Shown piece after piece: positions 21,289 through 32,000 of a stretch of DNA of 32,000 bases (the first letter of the stretch is position 1; each line of letters opens with the position of its first letter). Made by a program: the position numbers and the translations under genes. Source of the stretch: Methanothermus fervidus DSM 2088. Lineage in GTDB: Archaea; Methanobacteriota; Methanobacteria; DSM-2088; Methanothermaceae. The notes beneath the pieces were generated by a model, which was not told the DNA's origin, did not search any database, and saw only the letters and a program-made list of their open reading frames with translations. The stretch covers positions 240,001 through 272,000 of the forward strand of contig CP002278.1 of the NCBI GenBank assembly GCA_000166095.1, given 5' to 3'.

Positions 21289-21303
21289 TTCCTAAAATAG
21301 GAA
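21289..21303. promoter_or_regulatory. Palindrome TTCCTaaaatAGGAA between pstS and raSEA
   Basis: Perfect 5-bp arms with 5-bp centre, about 20 bp upstream of the candidate pstS BRE/TATA. Confidence 0.35.
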
Positions 21304-21341
21304 CAATAGGTATTTACAATTTCTCTGAGTAAGAAAAAAAT

Positions 21342-22415
21342 ATGAAAATTCAGGAATTAACAGCCAAAATTAGGGAAAATTATATGAAAAATAGAAAAGA
21401 AATACCAATGGAAAAATTATGTAGGTTTTGGATACAGGAAGACTTGCTTTATTCAGGAAAGGGGAAAGCAATGTCAATAGTATTTCCAACGAGAGGATGT
21501 AGTTGGTCACTTTCAAAATATGGTGGATGCACAATGTGTGGTTATGTTAAAGACACATTATTAAAAACTCCGAATCAAGAAAAATTAAAAAAATTATTTG
21601 ATGGTGTTATTTCTTCTTGTCCAAAAGAAGAAAATATTGCAATAAAAATATTTACTTCTGGAAGCTTTTTTAATTCTAAAGAATTACCAGAGAGTGTTAG
21701 ATACTATATATTACATAAATTATCAAAGTTAGAGAATGTTAGTGAAATATCTGTTGAATCTAGACCAGAATATATTAAAAAAGAAATTCTTAAAGAATGT
21801 TGTGAAATACTTCAAGACAAAATTTTTGAAGTTAGCATTGGGTTGGAAAGCTCCAATGATGAAACAAGAATTTATAAAATAAACAAGGGATTTACATTAA
21901 AGGACTTTGAGAATGCACTAAGAAAAATAAAAAGTTTAAAGAAAGAATTTAACATAAAAACAAAATCATATATTCTAGTTAAACCAATTTTAATGACAGA
22001 AGAAGATTCAATAAAAGATTCTATAAATTCTGCCATTTATGCTGAAAAAGTTGGAATTGATAGGATATCTTTTTGTCCAGCTACTGTTCATGCAGGTACA
22101 TTGATGGAAAATTTATGGAAATGGGGAGCATATAGACCTCCTTGGATTTGGAGTCTTGTAGAAATTATAAATAAAGTACGTGAAACAATTGAAATACCTG
22201 CAATAATGGATACTGCAGGTATGGGATCAAAAAGAGGTCCACATAATTGTGGAAGGTGTGATTCAAAATTAAAAAAATTAATAATACAATCAAATTTAGA
22301 TCAATCTCCAGTTCCAGAAATAAAATGTAAATGTAAAAAACGTTGGAAAGCAGAAAAATATGGAGAAAGAATTACAGCATCGTCCGGCATAATAAAATAC
22401 ATTCATTTAAGGTGA
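21342..22415 (+). CDS. raSEA: Archaeosine biosynthesis radical SAM protein RaSEA
   Basis: Radical-SAM-type cluster GCSWSLSKYGGCTMCGY; MDTAGMGSKRGPHNCGRCDSKLK; C-terminal CKCKKRWKAEKYGERITAS. Confidence 0.85.
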   Translation: MKIQELTAKIRENYMKNRKEIPMEKLCRFWIQEDLLYSGKGKAMSIVFPTRGCSWSLSKYGGCTMCGYVKDTLLKTPNQEKLKKLFDGVISSCPKEENIAIKIFTSGSFFNSKELPESVRYYILHKLSKLENVSEISVESRPEYIKKEILKECCEILQDKIFEVSIGLESSNDETRIYKINKGFTLKDFENALRKIKSLKKEFNIKTKSYILVKPILMTEEDSIKDSINSAIYAEKVGIDRISFCPATVHAGTLMENLWKWGAYRPPWIWSLVEIINKVRETIEIPAIMDTAGMGSKRGPHNCGRCDSKLKKLIIQSNLDQSPVPEIKCKCKKRWKAEKYGERITASSGIIKYIHLR

Positions 22416-22421
22416 TACAAG

Positions 22422-24169
<1,748 letters not shown>

Positions 24170-24229
24170 CTAGAGGAAGTAATACTAGTTTTAGTAACTT
24201 TTCTTTAGAATGTTATTATTGGTGGAACT

Positions 24230-26227
24230 ATGCACAAAAAATTAAATACCATAACCCTCACCATCATAATTTTTCTTTTAGCCTTTTCAATTAGAATTGC
24301 AAATTACAATTTAACAGTCCATAACCCTACAAAAATTTATTTTCAGGAAAGTGATTCATATTACAATTATCGGTTGGTAAATAATATTCTTAACCATGGA
24401 TATCCTGGAGATAAAATAATAAATGGAAAAGAGTGGGATATTCATTCTTACTATCCTCCAGGAGTACCTAGAGATTATCCACCGCTTCTACACTACATTA
24501 CGGCAGTACTCTATTCTTTATTCTCTGAAGTTTGTAAAATTTCATTAAAGCAATTTTGTATTTGGCTTCCACCATTTTTTGGATCAGTGACAAGTGTTGC
24601 TGGATTTCTATTTTCACGTAAAATAAGTGGGGATTTTGGTGGATTTATAACTGGCATGTTAATTGCGACATATCCGACATATTGTTATAGAACGTGTCTT
24701 GGTTTTTTCAATGTAAATCTTTTATATACTTTACTTCCAATTATTTTGTATTGGATATTTTTTGAAATTGAAAATTGTGTATCATTACAAAAAAAATTAA
24801 TTTATTCAATATTTGCAGGTTTTTTAATGTTTTTAATCTCATTATCTTGGAATGGTTGGATATATTTCTTTTATTTGGTTGTTTTGTCAATGACAATATA
24901 CTTAGTATCTAGTAGTGATAAGAAAGAGAAAATAAAAGAAATAGTTTTTCCATTTTTTGTAACTTTCTTTTTATTTTTATTAGCTTTCAATAAACTTGCA
25001 TTCTATGAAATATTTGCAACGCCAATTACTTATGTACATTTCTTTTCAAACTCAAATATATGGTATCCATGGCCCAATAGCTACAAAGATGTTATGGAAT
25101 TGCGTCCAGCAACAATGCAAGAAATTATTATTTTAATTTTTTTATTAGTATTTATTTTTGGGATTATTTACACCAAAGCTTTAAACGATCTTTTTCCAAA
25201 ATTTACAAGAATAATGTTATATTCTTGGATAATTTCCTCTATTTTATTAACAATGAAACATGTCAAATTTTTTTTACTACTTTTTGGACCTTCATTCATT
25301 TTTGTAGGTGCTGCATGGAAAAAATATGAAAATATCCTAAATCATCTTAAAATCCAATCAAAAAGAAAAATTATTGTAATTTTTAAAATTGCTATTTTGT
25401 TCATTTTAGTTTTAGTATTTTATTTCTCTATTAATTATGCAAAAGGATATAAACCGATGTATGATGATTATTTTGAAAATGCGGCCTTATGGATAAAAAA
25501 TAATACTAATAATGATACTGTTGTGATAACTTCTTGGAGTTATGGCCATTTTTTTGCCAGTGAATCAGATAGACCTGTTTCGTTTGATGGAAGAATAGGT
25601 TATATTGAAACATTGCCAATAAGGAAAATTTTGTATTCTAATACTAATTTAAGTCCTGATGTCCCAACTACTGCTCGTGATTACTGGATAAATGTTGCAA
25701 TTACGACAAACAATACTCTTTTATCAAAAAATATATTAAAAATGTTGGCTACAAGTGGAGATAATGGATATTTATTATTAAATAATTATACCCACAACAA
25801 AACTCGTTCATTTACTATACTTAACAAAATATTAACGTTAAATAGAAGTTCAGCATATGTAACTTTAAAAAAGGAAGGAATACCTGATGAAAAAGCTAAA
25901 AAAATTTTGAATTGTACACACCCTACTACTCCACGAAATTTTGTTTTAGTTATGACTGATGAAATGTTGTTGTCACTTCCATTTGTTAATATCACATCCA
26001 AAAATAAATTGGATTTAAAAAATGTATATTCCATAATTAAAAATGGATCTGAGAAAATAATAAACAAAAATGGCAAATATTCGCTTGTAATTTTAGATGA
26101 TAAAGCATTGATTGTAAATAAAAATTACAGATATTCTATATGTGTAAGAGCTTTTTCACAAATGAAAATCGAAGGTTTTACAAAAGTTTTTGAAAATAAA
26201 AGAATAAAAATATATGAAGTAATCTAA
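24230..26227 (+). CDS. STT3/AglB-like oligosaccharyltransferase-family membrane protein with altered active-site motifs
   Basis: 665 aa, N-terminal multi-TM (FQESDSYYNYR; GFFNVNLLYTLLP), then a soluble domain with SWSYGHFFASESDRPVSFDG in place of WWDYG. Confidence 0.75.
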   Translation: MHKKLNTITLTIIIFLLAFSIRIANYNLTVHNPTKIYFQESDSYYNYRLVNNILNHGYPGDKIINGKEWDIHSYYPPGVPRDYPPLLHYITAVLYSLFSEVCKISLKQFCIWLPPFFGSVTSVAGFLFSRKISGDFGGFITGMLIATYPTYCYRTCLGFFNVNLLYTLLPIILYWIFFEIENCVSLQKKLIYSIFAGFLMFLISLSWNGWIYFFYLVVLSMTIYLVSSSDKKEKIKEIVFPFFVTFFLFLLAFNKLAFYEIFATPITYVHFFSNSNIWYPWPNSYKDVMELRPATMQEIIILIFLLVFIFGIIYTKALNDLFPKFTRIMLYSWIISSILLTMKHVKFFLLLFGPSFIFVGAAWKKYENILNHLKIQSKRKIIVIFKIAILFILVLVFYFSINYAKGYKPMYDDYFENAALWIKNNTNNDTVVITSWSYGHFFASESDRPVSFDGRIGYIETLPIRKILYSNTNLSPDVPTTARDYWINVAITTNNTLLSKNILKMLATSGDNGYLLLNNYTHNKTRSFTILNKILTLNRSSAYVTLKKEGIPDEKAKKILNCTHPTTPRNFVLVMTDEMLLSLPFVNITSKNKLDLKNVYSIIKNGSEKIINKNGKYSLVILDDKALIVNKNYRYSICVRAFSQMKIEGFTKVFENKRIKIYEVI

Positions 26228-26294
26228 CCTAAAAATTAAATATTAAGGACAAAATTTTTAAATTCAGGTTCATAAAAAATTAATTACACATCTT

Positions 26295-26315
26295 AAAAAT
26301 AAAAAATTTATTTTT
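26295..26315 (+). other. A/T hairpin: AAAAATAAA-AAA-TTTATTTTT immediately upstream of the gap SD
   Basis: 9-bp perfect arms, 3-nt loop, just before ggagga. Confidence 0.4.
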
Positions 26316-26327
26316 TGGAGGAATGCT

Positions 26328-27341
26328 ATGAAAGCTGTAGCTATTAATGGGTATGGAACTGTAGGTAAAAGAGTTGCAGATGCAATTGCACAACAAGATG
26401 ATATGAAAGTTATCGGAGTAAGTAAGACAAGACCAGATTTTGAAGCTAGGATGGCACTAAAAAAGGGTTATGATTTATATGTTGCTATTCCTGAAAGGGT
26501 AAAATTATTTGAAAAGGCAGGAATTGAAGTTGCAGGAACAGTGGATGACATGCTAGATGAAGCAGATATAGTTATTGATTGTACTCCAGAAGGAATTGGT
26601 GCCAAAAATTTAAAAATGTATAAAGAAAAAGGAATAAAAGCTATATTTCAAGGTGGAGAAAAACATGAAGATATAGGTTTATCATTCAATTCATTGAGCA
26701 ATTATGAAGAATCTTATGGCAAAGACTACACACGAGTTGTTTCCTGTAATACCACTGGTTTATGCAGAACTTTAAAACCATTACATGATTCTTTTGGTAT
26801 AAAAAAAGTTAGAGCCGTAATAGTAAGGAGAGGTGCAGACCCTGCACAAGTATCTAAAGGACCTATAAACGCTATAATACCCAATCCACCTAAATTACCA
26901 TCTCACCATGGTCCAGATGTTAAAACAGTCCTGGACATAAATATAGATACAATGGCTGTTATAGTACCAACTACTTTAATGCATCAACATAACGTTATGG
27001 TAGAGGTGGAAGAAACTCCTACTGTGGATGATATAATAGATGTATTTGAAGATACGCCTAGAGTTATACTTATAAGTGCTGAGGATGGTTTGACATCAAC
27101 TGCAGAGATAATGGAATATGCAAAGGAATTAGGTAGATCCAGAAACGATTTATTTGAAATTCCTGTTTGGAGAGAATCAATAACTGTCGTAGACAATGAA
27201 ATTTATTACATGCAAGCAGTTCATCAAGAATCAGATATAGTACCTGAAAATGTAGATGCTGTAAGAGCAATATTAGAGATGGAAGAGGATAAATACAAAT
27301 CTATAAATAAAACTAACAAAGCAATGAACATACTTCAATAA
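26328..27341 (+). CDS. gap: Archaeal (type II) glyceraldehyde-3-phosphate dehydrogenase
   Basis: [41 protein letters not shown]; catalytic [13 protein letters not shown]; looks like the Methanothermus fervidus enzyme from memory. Confidence 0.98.
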   Translation: MKAVAINGYGTVGKRVADAIAQQDDMKVIGVSKTRPDFEARMALKKGYDLYVAIPERVKLFEKAGIEVAGTVDDMLDEADIVIDCTPEGIGAKNLKMYKEKGIKAIFQGGEKHEDIGLSFNSLSNYEESYGKDYTRVVSCNTTGLCRTLKPLHDSFGIKKVRAVIVRRGADPAQVSKGPINAIIPNPPKLPSHHGPDVKTVLDINIDTMAVIVPTTLMHQHNVMVEVEETPTVDDIIDVFEDTPRVILISAEDGLTSTAEIMEYAKELGRSRNDLFEIPVWRESITVVDNEIYYMQAVHQESDIVPENVDAVRAILEMEEDKYKSINKTNKAMNILQ

Positions 27342-27350
27342 TAAGGAACC

Positions 27351-28187
27351 ATGATTCGAGTTGGACCAGCTGGCAACCCTATAGGTTATAAAGGAAAGAC
27401 TGTTGACGTATTTGATTATTTAAAAAAATTAGGGCTTGATGCATATGAATATCAAGCTACATATGGTGTAAGAATTGGAAAAAAATCTTCTTTGTTAATT
27501 GGAAAAAATGCCAAAAAGAATGATGTCCTTGTATCTATACATGCTCCCTACTATATAAATTTATCTTCTGCAGATAAAGGAGTAATACAGAGGTCCATAA
27601 ATAGGTTATTCATTACAAGTAAAGTTGCTGAATGGATGAATGCATATAGGATAGTATTTCATCCAGGATATTATGGAAAGTTTTCGAAATCTGAAGCTAT
27701 GGAGTTATGTAAAAATTCTATAAAAAAGTTATTAAGTAAAGTAAAAGAAAAAAATATAAAAAATTATTGTTTTGCACCGGAAACGACTGGAAAGAAATCA
27801 CAGTTGGGGAGTTTGAATGAAATAATAGAAATATGTCAGTCTTTTGAAAATTTTCAGCCCACAATAGATTTTGCACATATACATGCAAGAGAAGGAGGTT
27901 CATTAAAGGATGAAAACGATTATTACCATATTTTAAATTTTGTGGAAAATGAGTTAGGAGTTAAACATTTCCATTGTCATTTCACAAAAGTGGAATTTAG
28001 TGAGAAAGGTGAAGTGAAACATCATTCTTTAAATGAAGAGAAATACGGACCTCCACTAGAACCTTTAATCAAAGTTCTTGTTGAAAATGGATTTAATGCT
28101 ACAATAATATGTGAAACTCCAAAATTAGATCAAGATGCCATTAAAATAAAAGAGAAGATAGGAAGGTTTAATAAAGGTGAAAACTAA
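27351..28187 (+). CDS. TIM-barrel, endonuclease IV-like protein
   Basis: Metal-ligand-like motifs [50 protein letters not shown]. Confidence 0.8.
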   Translation: MIRVGPAGNPIGYKGKTVDVFDYLKKLGLDAYEYQATYGVRIGKKSSLLIGKNAKKNDVLVSIHAPYYINLSSADKGVIQRSINRLFITSKVAEWMNAYRIVFHPGYYGKFSKSEAMELCKNSIKKLLSKVKEKNIKNYCFAPETTGKKSQLGSLNEIIEICQSFENFQPTIDFAHIHAREGGSLKDENDYYHILNFVENELGVKHFHCHFTKVEFSEKGEVKHHSLNEEKYGPPLEPLIKVLVENGFNATIICETPKLDQDAIKIKEKIGRFNKGEN

Positions 28188-28221
28188 TAAATAATTTTAG
28201 AAAAAAGCTCGTGGTGATGGA

Positions 28222-29346
28222 GTGAAAATGAATACAACTTTATCTGATAATTATTCTTTAGATAAGAAATCCGTACAAAAAACTATGCTTACTAACAAAG
28301 AAGCAAAATTAGTAGTATTGAAGCCGGCAGGATATCCTTTCATTTGTAATTTAATAGAAACGCCAAAAGTAGAAGTTAAAGATAAAAAATTATTTGAATT
28401 GTATGCAAAAGAACAATGGGAGGGCTTCATTGTAAAAGAAGGTTCTTATCTTTTTGATCAAAAACTATTACCTGATTATGCATTTAAAGTATTGAAGGTG
28501 CATCCAAACAATTCAAAAATTGGTAAAAATACAACAATAATATTAGTAAATACTGAAGAACATTCCGTAGTTTTTAGAGAAGTTGAAAGTAATTTAAAAA
28601 TTGCTGATGTAGTTGGACAAGAACGTGCTAAAATGAAATGTAAAGTAATAATGAAATATCTAGAAAATCCTGAAAAATTTAGTGGATGGGCACCAAGGAA
28701 CATATTGTTTTATGGGGCTCCTGGAACTGGTAAAACTATGCTTGCAAAATCTCTATCAAATGAAGTTAATGTACCTCTTTACCTTGTTAAAGCTACAAGT
28801 TTAATTGGAGAACATGTGGGCGATGGTGCACGACAAATTCACGAACTTTATGATTTAGCATGTGAAACTTCACCTTCAATAGTATTTATTGATGAAATCG
28901 ATGCCATAGGATTAAGTCGTAAATATCAATCACTAAGAGGAGATGTTTCTGAGGTTGTAAGCGCATTATTGACAGAGATGGATGGAATAAAAGAAAATGA
29001 AGGTGTAGTAACAATAGCAGCAACAAATAACCCAAGCTTATTAGATCCCGCAATAAGAAGCAGATTTGAAGAAGAAATAGAATTTACATTACCATCAAAA
29101 GAAGAAAGAAAAGAAATGATCAAAAGACATATAAAAACCATGCCTTTACCAGTTACAGTATCACCAAATAAGTTAGCAGAATTATCTAAAGGAATGTCTG
29201 GAAGGGATATCAAAGAAAAACTTCTCAAAACAGCATTGCATAAAGCTATTGTAGACAACGACAAGAAAATTGAAAATAAACATATTAAATATGCATTAGA
29301 ACATTACAAAAAGAAAAATAAAGAACCTAAACGCATGTTTGCATAA
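28222..29346 (+). CDS. AAA-family ATPase with methanogen-type N-terminal domain
   Basis: Walker [19 protein letters not shown], Walker [38 protein letters not shown]. Confidence 0.9.
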   Translation: MKMNTTLSDNYSLDKKSVQKTMLTNKEAKLVVLKPAGYPFICNLIETPKVEVKDKKLFELYAKEQWEGFIVKEGSYLFDQKLLPDYAFKVLKVHPNNSKIGKNTTIILVNTEEHSVVFREVESNLKIADVVGQERAKMKCKVIMKYLENPEKFSGWAPRNILFYGAPGTGKTMLAKSLSNEVNVPLYLVKATSLIGEHVGDGARQIHELYDLACETSPSIVFIDEIDAIGLSRKYQSLRGDVSEVVSALLTEMDGIKENEGVVTIAATNNPSLLDPAIRSRFEEEIEFTLPSKEERKEMIKRHIKTMPLPVTVSPNKLAELSKGMSGRDIKEKLLKTALHKAIVDNDKKIENKHIKYALEHYKKKNKEPKRMFA

Positions 29347-29371
29347 AATTTCTTTTTGTGGAGGAAATTTA

Positions 29372-29887
29372 ATGCATGTTCTTAAGGCAATAAAAGAAAG
29401 GAGAAGTATAAGAAGTTTTAAAGATAAAGACATTCCCCAAGAGTATATAAAAAAAATAATGGAAGCTGCAATTTGGGCACCATCTGCAGGAAATCTCCAA
29501 AGTAGGAAGTTTATAATAGTGAAGGATTCAAAATTAAAGTATGAACTTACAAAAGCTGCTTATATGCAAGAATTTGTAATGGAAGCCCCAATTGTAATAG
29601 TGGCATGTGCAGATTTAATTAAGTCTGCTTCAAGATATGGAGAAAGAGGAAGAGAACTTTACTGTCTCATGGACACTGCTGCATCAATACAAAACATGTT
29701 ACTTGAAATACATGAATTAGGTCTTGGAGCTTGTTGGATAGGTGCTTTTGACGAAGAATATGTTAAAAAATTGCTTAAGCTACCAGATTCATTGAGACCT
29801 ATAGCACTCATACCAGTTGGTTACCCTGATGAATCTCCAACTCCACCCCCTAGAGTTAGTATAGATGATGCATTTACAATCATTTAA
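29372..29887 (+). CDS. Nitroreductase-family (FMN) protein
   Basis: MHVLKAIKERRSIRSFKDKDIP; AAIWAPSAGNLQSRKFI; GLGACWIGAFDEEYV. ATG at 29372 with upstream ggagga. Confidence 0.93.
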   Translation: MHVLKAIKERRSIRSFKDKDIPQEYIKKIMEAAIWAPSAGNLQSRKFIIVKDSKLKYELTKAAYMQEFVMEAPIVIVACADLIKSASRYGERGRELYCLMDTAASIQNMLLEIHELGLGACWIGAFDEEYVKKLLKLPDSLRPIALIPVGYPDESPTPPPRVSIDDAFTII

Positions 29888-31887
29888 TCTAAATTTAATC
29901 TTTTTCCATACCATTTTTTATAATATTCCATATATTCTCCTGTTTTTATTCGTTTCCACCATTCCTTGTTTTCTATATACCATTTTATAGTTTTTTCAAG
30001 GCCTTCTTCAAATGAATATTCGGGCTTCCATCCTAATTCATTTTTAATTTTGCTAGAATCTAATGCATATCTATAATCATGGGCTGGCCTATCTTTAACA
30101 AACTTTATTAGTGATTGTGGTTTATTTAATTTTTTTAATATTAATTTTACTACCTCTATATTCCTCTTTTCATTGTTAGCACTCACGTTGTAAATTTCAC
30201 CATTTTTACCTTTATGTAAAATTAGATCAATAGCTTTACATGTATCTTTAACATATAACCAATCTCTGATATTTGATCCATCACCATAGATAGGTAATGG
30301 TTTATTTTCAAGGGCATTGGTAATCATTAACGGTATAAATTTTTCTGGGAACTGATAAGGACCATAATTGTTTGAAGGTCTAACAATGTTAACAGGTAAA
30401 CCATAAGTTTTGTGATAAGATCTAACAAGTAAGTCAGCTCCTGCCTTACTAGCTGCATATGGACTGTTTGGTTTTAATGGCGAATCTTCTGTGAAATATC
30501 CTTCATCGCCTAGAGTTCCATATACTTCATCTGTTGAAATTTGTATAAATTTTTCAATACCATATTTGCGGGCAGATTCTAGTAGTACTTGAGTACCTAA
30601 TACATTTGTTTTAACAAATCTACCTGGTTCCATTATGCTTCTGTCAACGTGTGTGTTATGAACTACTATGTTTCCTACGCCAGCAACAAAATTATGAGAT
30701 CCTTCAACTTCTAAGTCATATACAAATCCTTCATATTTTTTTTCCGTAATTTTTTTACTTTTAAATTTACAATTTCCTACTTTGATATTATATGCATTCA
30801 TTTTATAGTCCACATAAAACTCTTTACCTATTAATAAAAGCAATAAACAAACTTCAGCTGCTAATCTTCTTGAGCTTGTCAAAAATTCTTCTTTTCCATT
30901 GTTAATTCCTTTCACTAAACTTTTCCAAAATATTTCTTGATACTCTTTTCCAATGTTAAATACAAAATTAGGAATTTTTTTACTATCACCATCATTACAA
31001 AATTTTGTACAGATTTTATAAAAATCTTTATTTTTCAACTTAAGTTGTAGAGTACCATTGTTTTCTGTTATTAAGCTGTTTCCATCAAAAATATTTTTAA
31101 AATCGTCAGATAAAATTTCTAACCAGCTTTTGTCATTGTCATTGATAATGACATAATTTTGTTTGAGATAACCACTTGAAATATAAGCAGCAAGTAATCT
31201 ACATAGAAACTTTAATTTTTTATCATTAAACATTCCTAATATTTTTGGATGTTTTATCTTTTTATCTCTGCATGAGAAATTCATGTCTCTTACATATAAT
31301 AGAGAGGGATTGGATTTCGCTGCTACAACCTTTCCATGTGTATTGTATACAGAGTGATTTGGTGTTACAAGAACTTCTCCTTGTTTTTGTTTTAATTTTA
31401 GAATCTTTCCTCTATATGGATGTCGAATAATTTTCCGAAGAGGTAGGAAAGTCCCAGAATTATTATAAAAAGATAATACCTTTATTTTTTCATTTGATGT
31501 ATCAATGATTTCATGTTTTCCATCCCAAATTACTTTGTTGCTTTCTTTCAATCTTTCGAATAATTTTTTCATGCTAAGTACTTGTATTTCACCATTCCAA
31601 TGAACAGTCACAAATTCTTCTTCAGCAACACTTTCAGCTGCAAAATTTACAATATAATCACATTCATACTTTTCAATTAATTTTTGAATTAGCTTTCCAT
31701 CAGTTATGCAACCTTTAACAAAGCTATAATTAGGAGCATCTTCAACATCTTTAAGATTTTCTAAATTACCTGAATATGTTAATTTATCTAGATTTATTAT
31801 TTTATATTGTGGATATTTATTCACCATATAACGTACAAAATTACTTCCAATAAACCCAGCTCCTCCAGTAACTAATATAACACTCAT
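29884..31887 (-). CDS. rmlB: dTDP-glucose 4,6-dehydratase precursor, interrupted by an in-frame intein
   Basis: Exteins: MSVILVTGGAGFIGSNFVRY..NFAAE and THVDRSIMEPGRFVKTNVLGTQVLLE..QISTDEVYG..NYGPYQFPEKFIPLMI; mature length about 341 aa after removal of 326 aa. Confidence 0.95.
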   Translation of the reverse strand: MSVILVTGGAGFIGSNFVRYMVNKYPQYKIINLDKLTYSGNLENLKDVEDAPNYSFVKGCITDGKLIQKLIEKYECDYIVNFAAESVAEEEFVTVHWNGEIQVLSMKKLFERLKESNKVIWDGKHEIIDTSNEKIKVLSFYNNSGTFLPLRKIIRHPYRGKILKLKQKQGEVLVTPNHSVYNTHGKVVAAKSNPSLLYVRDMNFSCRDKKIKHPKILGMFNDKKLKFLCRLLAAYISSGYLKQNYVIINDNDKSWLEILSDDFKNIFDGNSLITENNGTLQLKLKNKDFYKICTKFCNDGDSKKIPNFVFNIGKEYQEIFWKSLVKGINNGKEEFLTSSRRLAAEVCLLLLLIGKEFYVDYKMNAYNIKVGNCKFKSKKITEKKYEGFVYDLEVEGSHNFVAGVGNIVVHNTHVDRSIMEPGRFVKTNVLGTQVLLESARKYGIEKFIQISTDEVYGTLGDEGYFTEDSPLKPNSPYAASKAGADLLVRSYHKTYGLPVNIVRPSNNYGPYQFPEKFIPLMITNALENKPLPIYGDGSNIRDWLYVKDTCKAIDLILHKGKNGEIYNVSANNEKRNIEVVKLILKKLNKPQSLIKFVKDRPAHDYRYALDSSKIKNELGWKPEYSFEEGLEKTIKWYIENKEWWKRIKTGEYMEYYKKWYGKRLNLD
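30655..31632 (-). mobile_element. Intein in RmlB (326 aa; residues 86-411 of the precursor), LAGLIDADG-type with degenerate motifs
   Basis: Starts SVAEEEFVTVHWNG (block A-like); block B GEVLVTPNHSVYN; block F YEGFVYDLEVEGSHNFVAG; block G GNIVVHN followed by extein Thr. Removal restores NFAAE-THVDRS. Confidence 0.95.
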
Positions 31888-31902
31888 CTACTCACCACCA
31901 AA

Positions 31903-31916
31903 AAATCTTTAGATTT
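31903..31916. promoter_or_regulatory. Inverted repeat AAATCT-tt-AGATTT in the rmlB leader
   Basis: 6-bp arms, 2-nt centre, 16 bp upstream of the rmlB ATG. Confidence 0.2.
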
Positions 31917-31997
31917 AGAATGTATAATTTTTTTGGAAGAAATTTTATAATTAAAAATATGTTATTAAAAATTTTTTAGATTTTTTGAGGTGAGATT

Positions 31998-32000
31998 ATG
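31998..32000 (+). CDS. Probable start codon of a gene continuing beyond the window
   Basis: ATG at 31998 preceded by gaggtgag SD; divergent from rmlB. Product not determinable. Confidence 0.5.

Noticed and set aside
29884-31887. Interpretation of the RmlB internal 326 aa as misassembly, gene fusion or a split gene
   Set aside because: Frame is continuous, intein blocks A/B/F/G are all present, and exact excision restores the canonical NFAAETHVDRS motif.

Overview
AT-rich archaeal (methanogen) chromosomal segment, densely packed with short operons. The archaeal GAPDH at 26328-27341 matches my recollection of the characterised Methanothermus fervidus enzyme, and the presence of 2-phosphoglycerate kinase, Mch, Mer and a Methanobacteriales-like gene order fits that (inference, no search run). 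Main blocks: pheA 3' end; tandem DUF364-like genes plus a PiT transporter; a minus-strand cluster with a CBS protein, 2-phosphoglycerate kinase, metallophosphoesterase and two small methanogen proteins; a PEBP protein; ftsZ; a minus-strand C1/methanogenesis operon (membrane protein - DUF1890 - DUF1894 - metE-like - archaeal thyA - mch - PK_C-like protein); porCDABEF plus fumarase alpha; pstSCAB-phoU; raSEA-nep1; mer; an STT3/AglB-like protein; gap - endonuclease IV-like - AAA ATPase - nitroreductase; and rmlB. The most striking feature is a 326-aa in-frame intein inside RmlB (30655-31632, minus strand). It has a Ser1 / His-Asn / +1 Thr splice chemistry signature, interrupts the conserved NFAAE^THVDRS motif, and carries a LAGLIDADG-type domain whose two motifs both lack their acidic residue. 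Other points of interest: an STT3-like protein with altered DXD and WWDYG motifs (NVN, SWSYG), a 14-bp-arm perfect inverted repeat centred in the divergent por/C1-operon promoter region, palindromes at the ftsZ and pst promoters, and three convergent gene pairs that share a 4-bp TTAA stop overlap. No tRNA, rRNA, CRISPR array or transposon was recognised.
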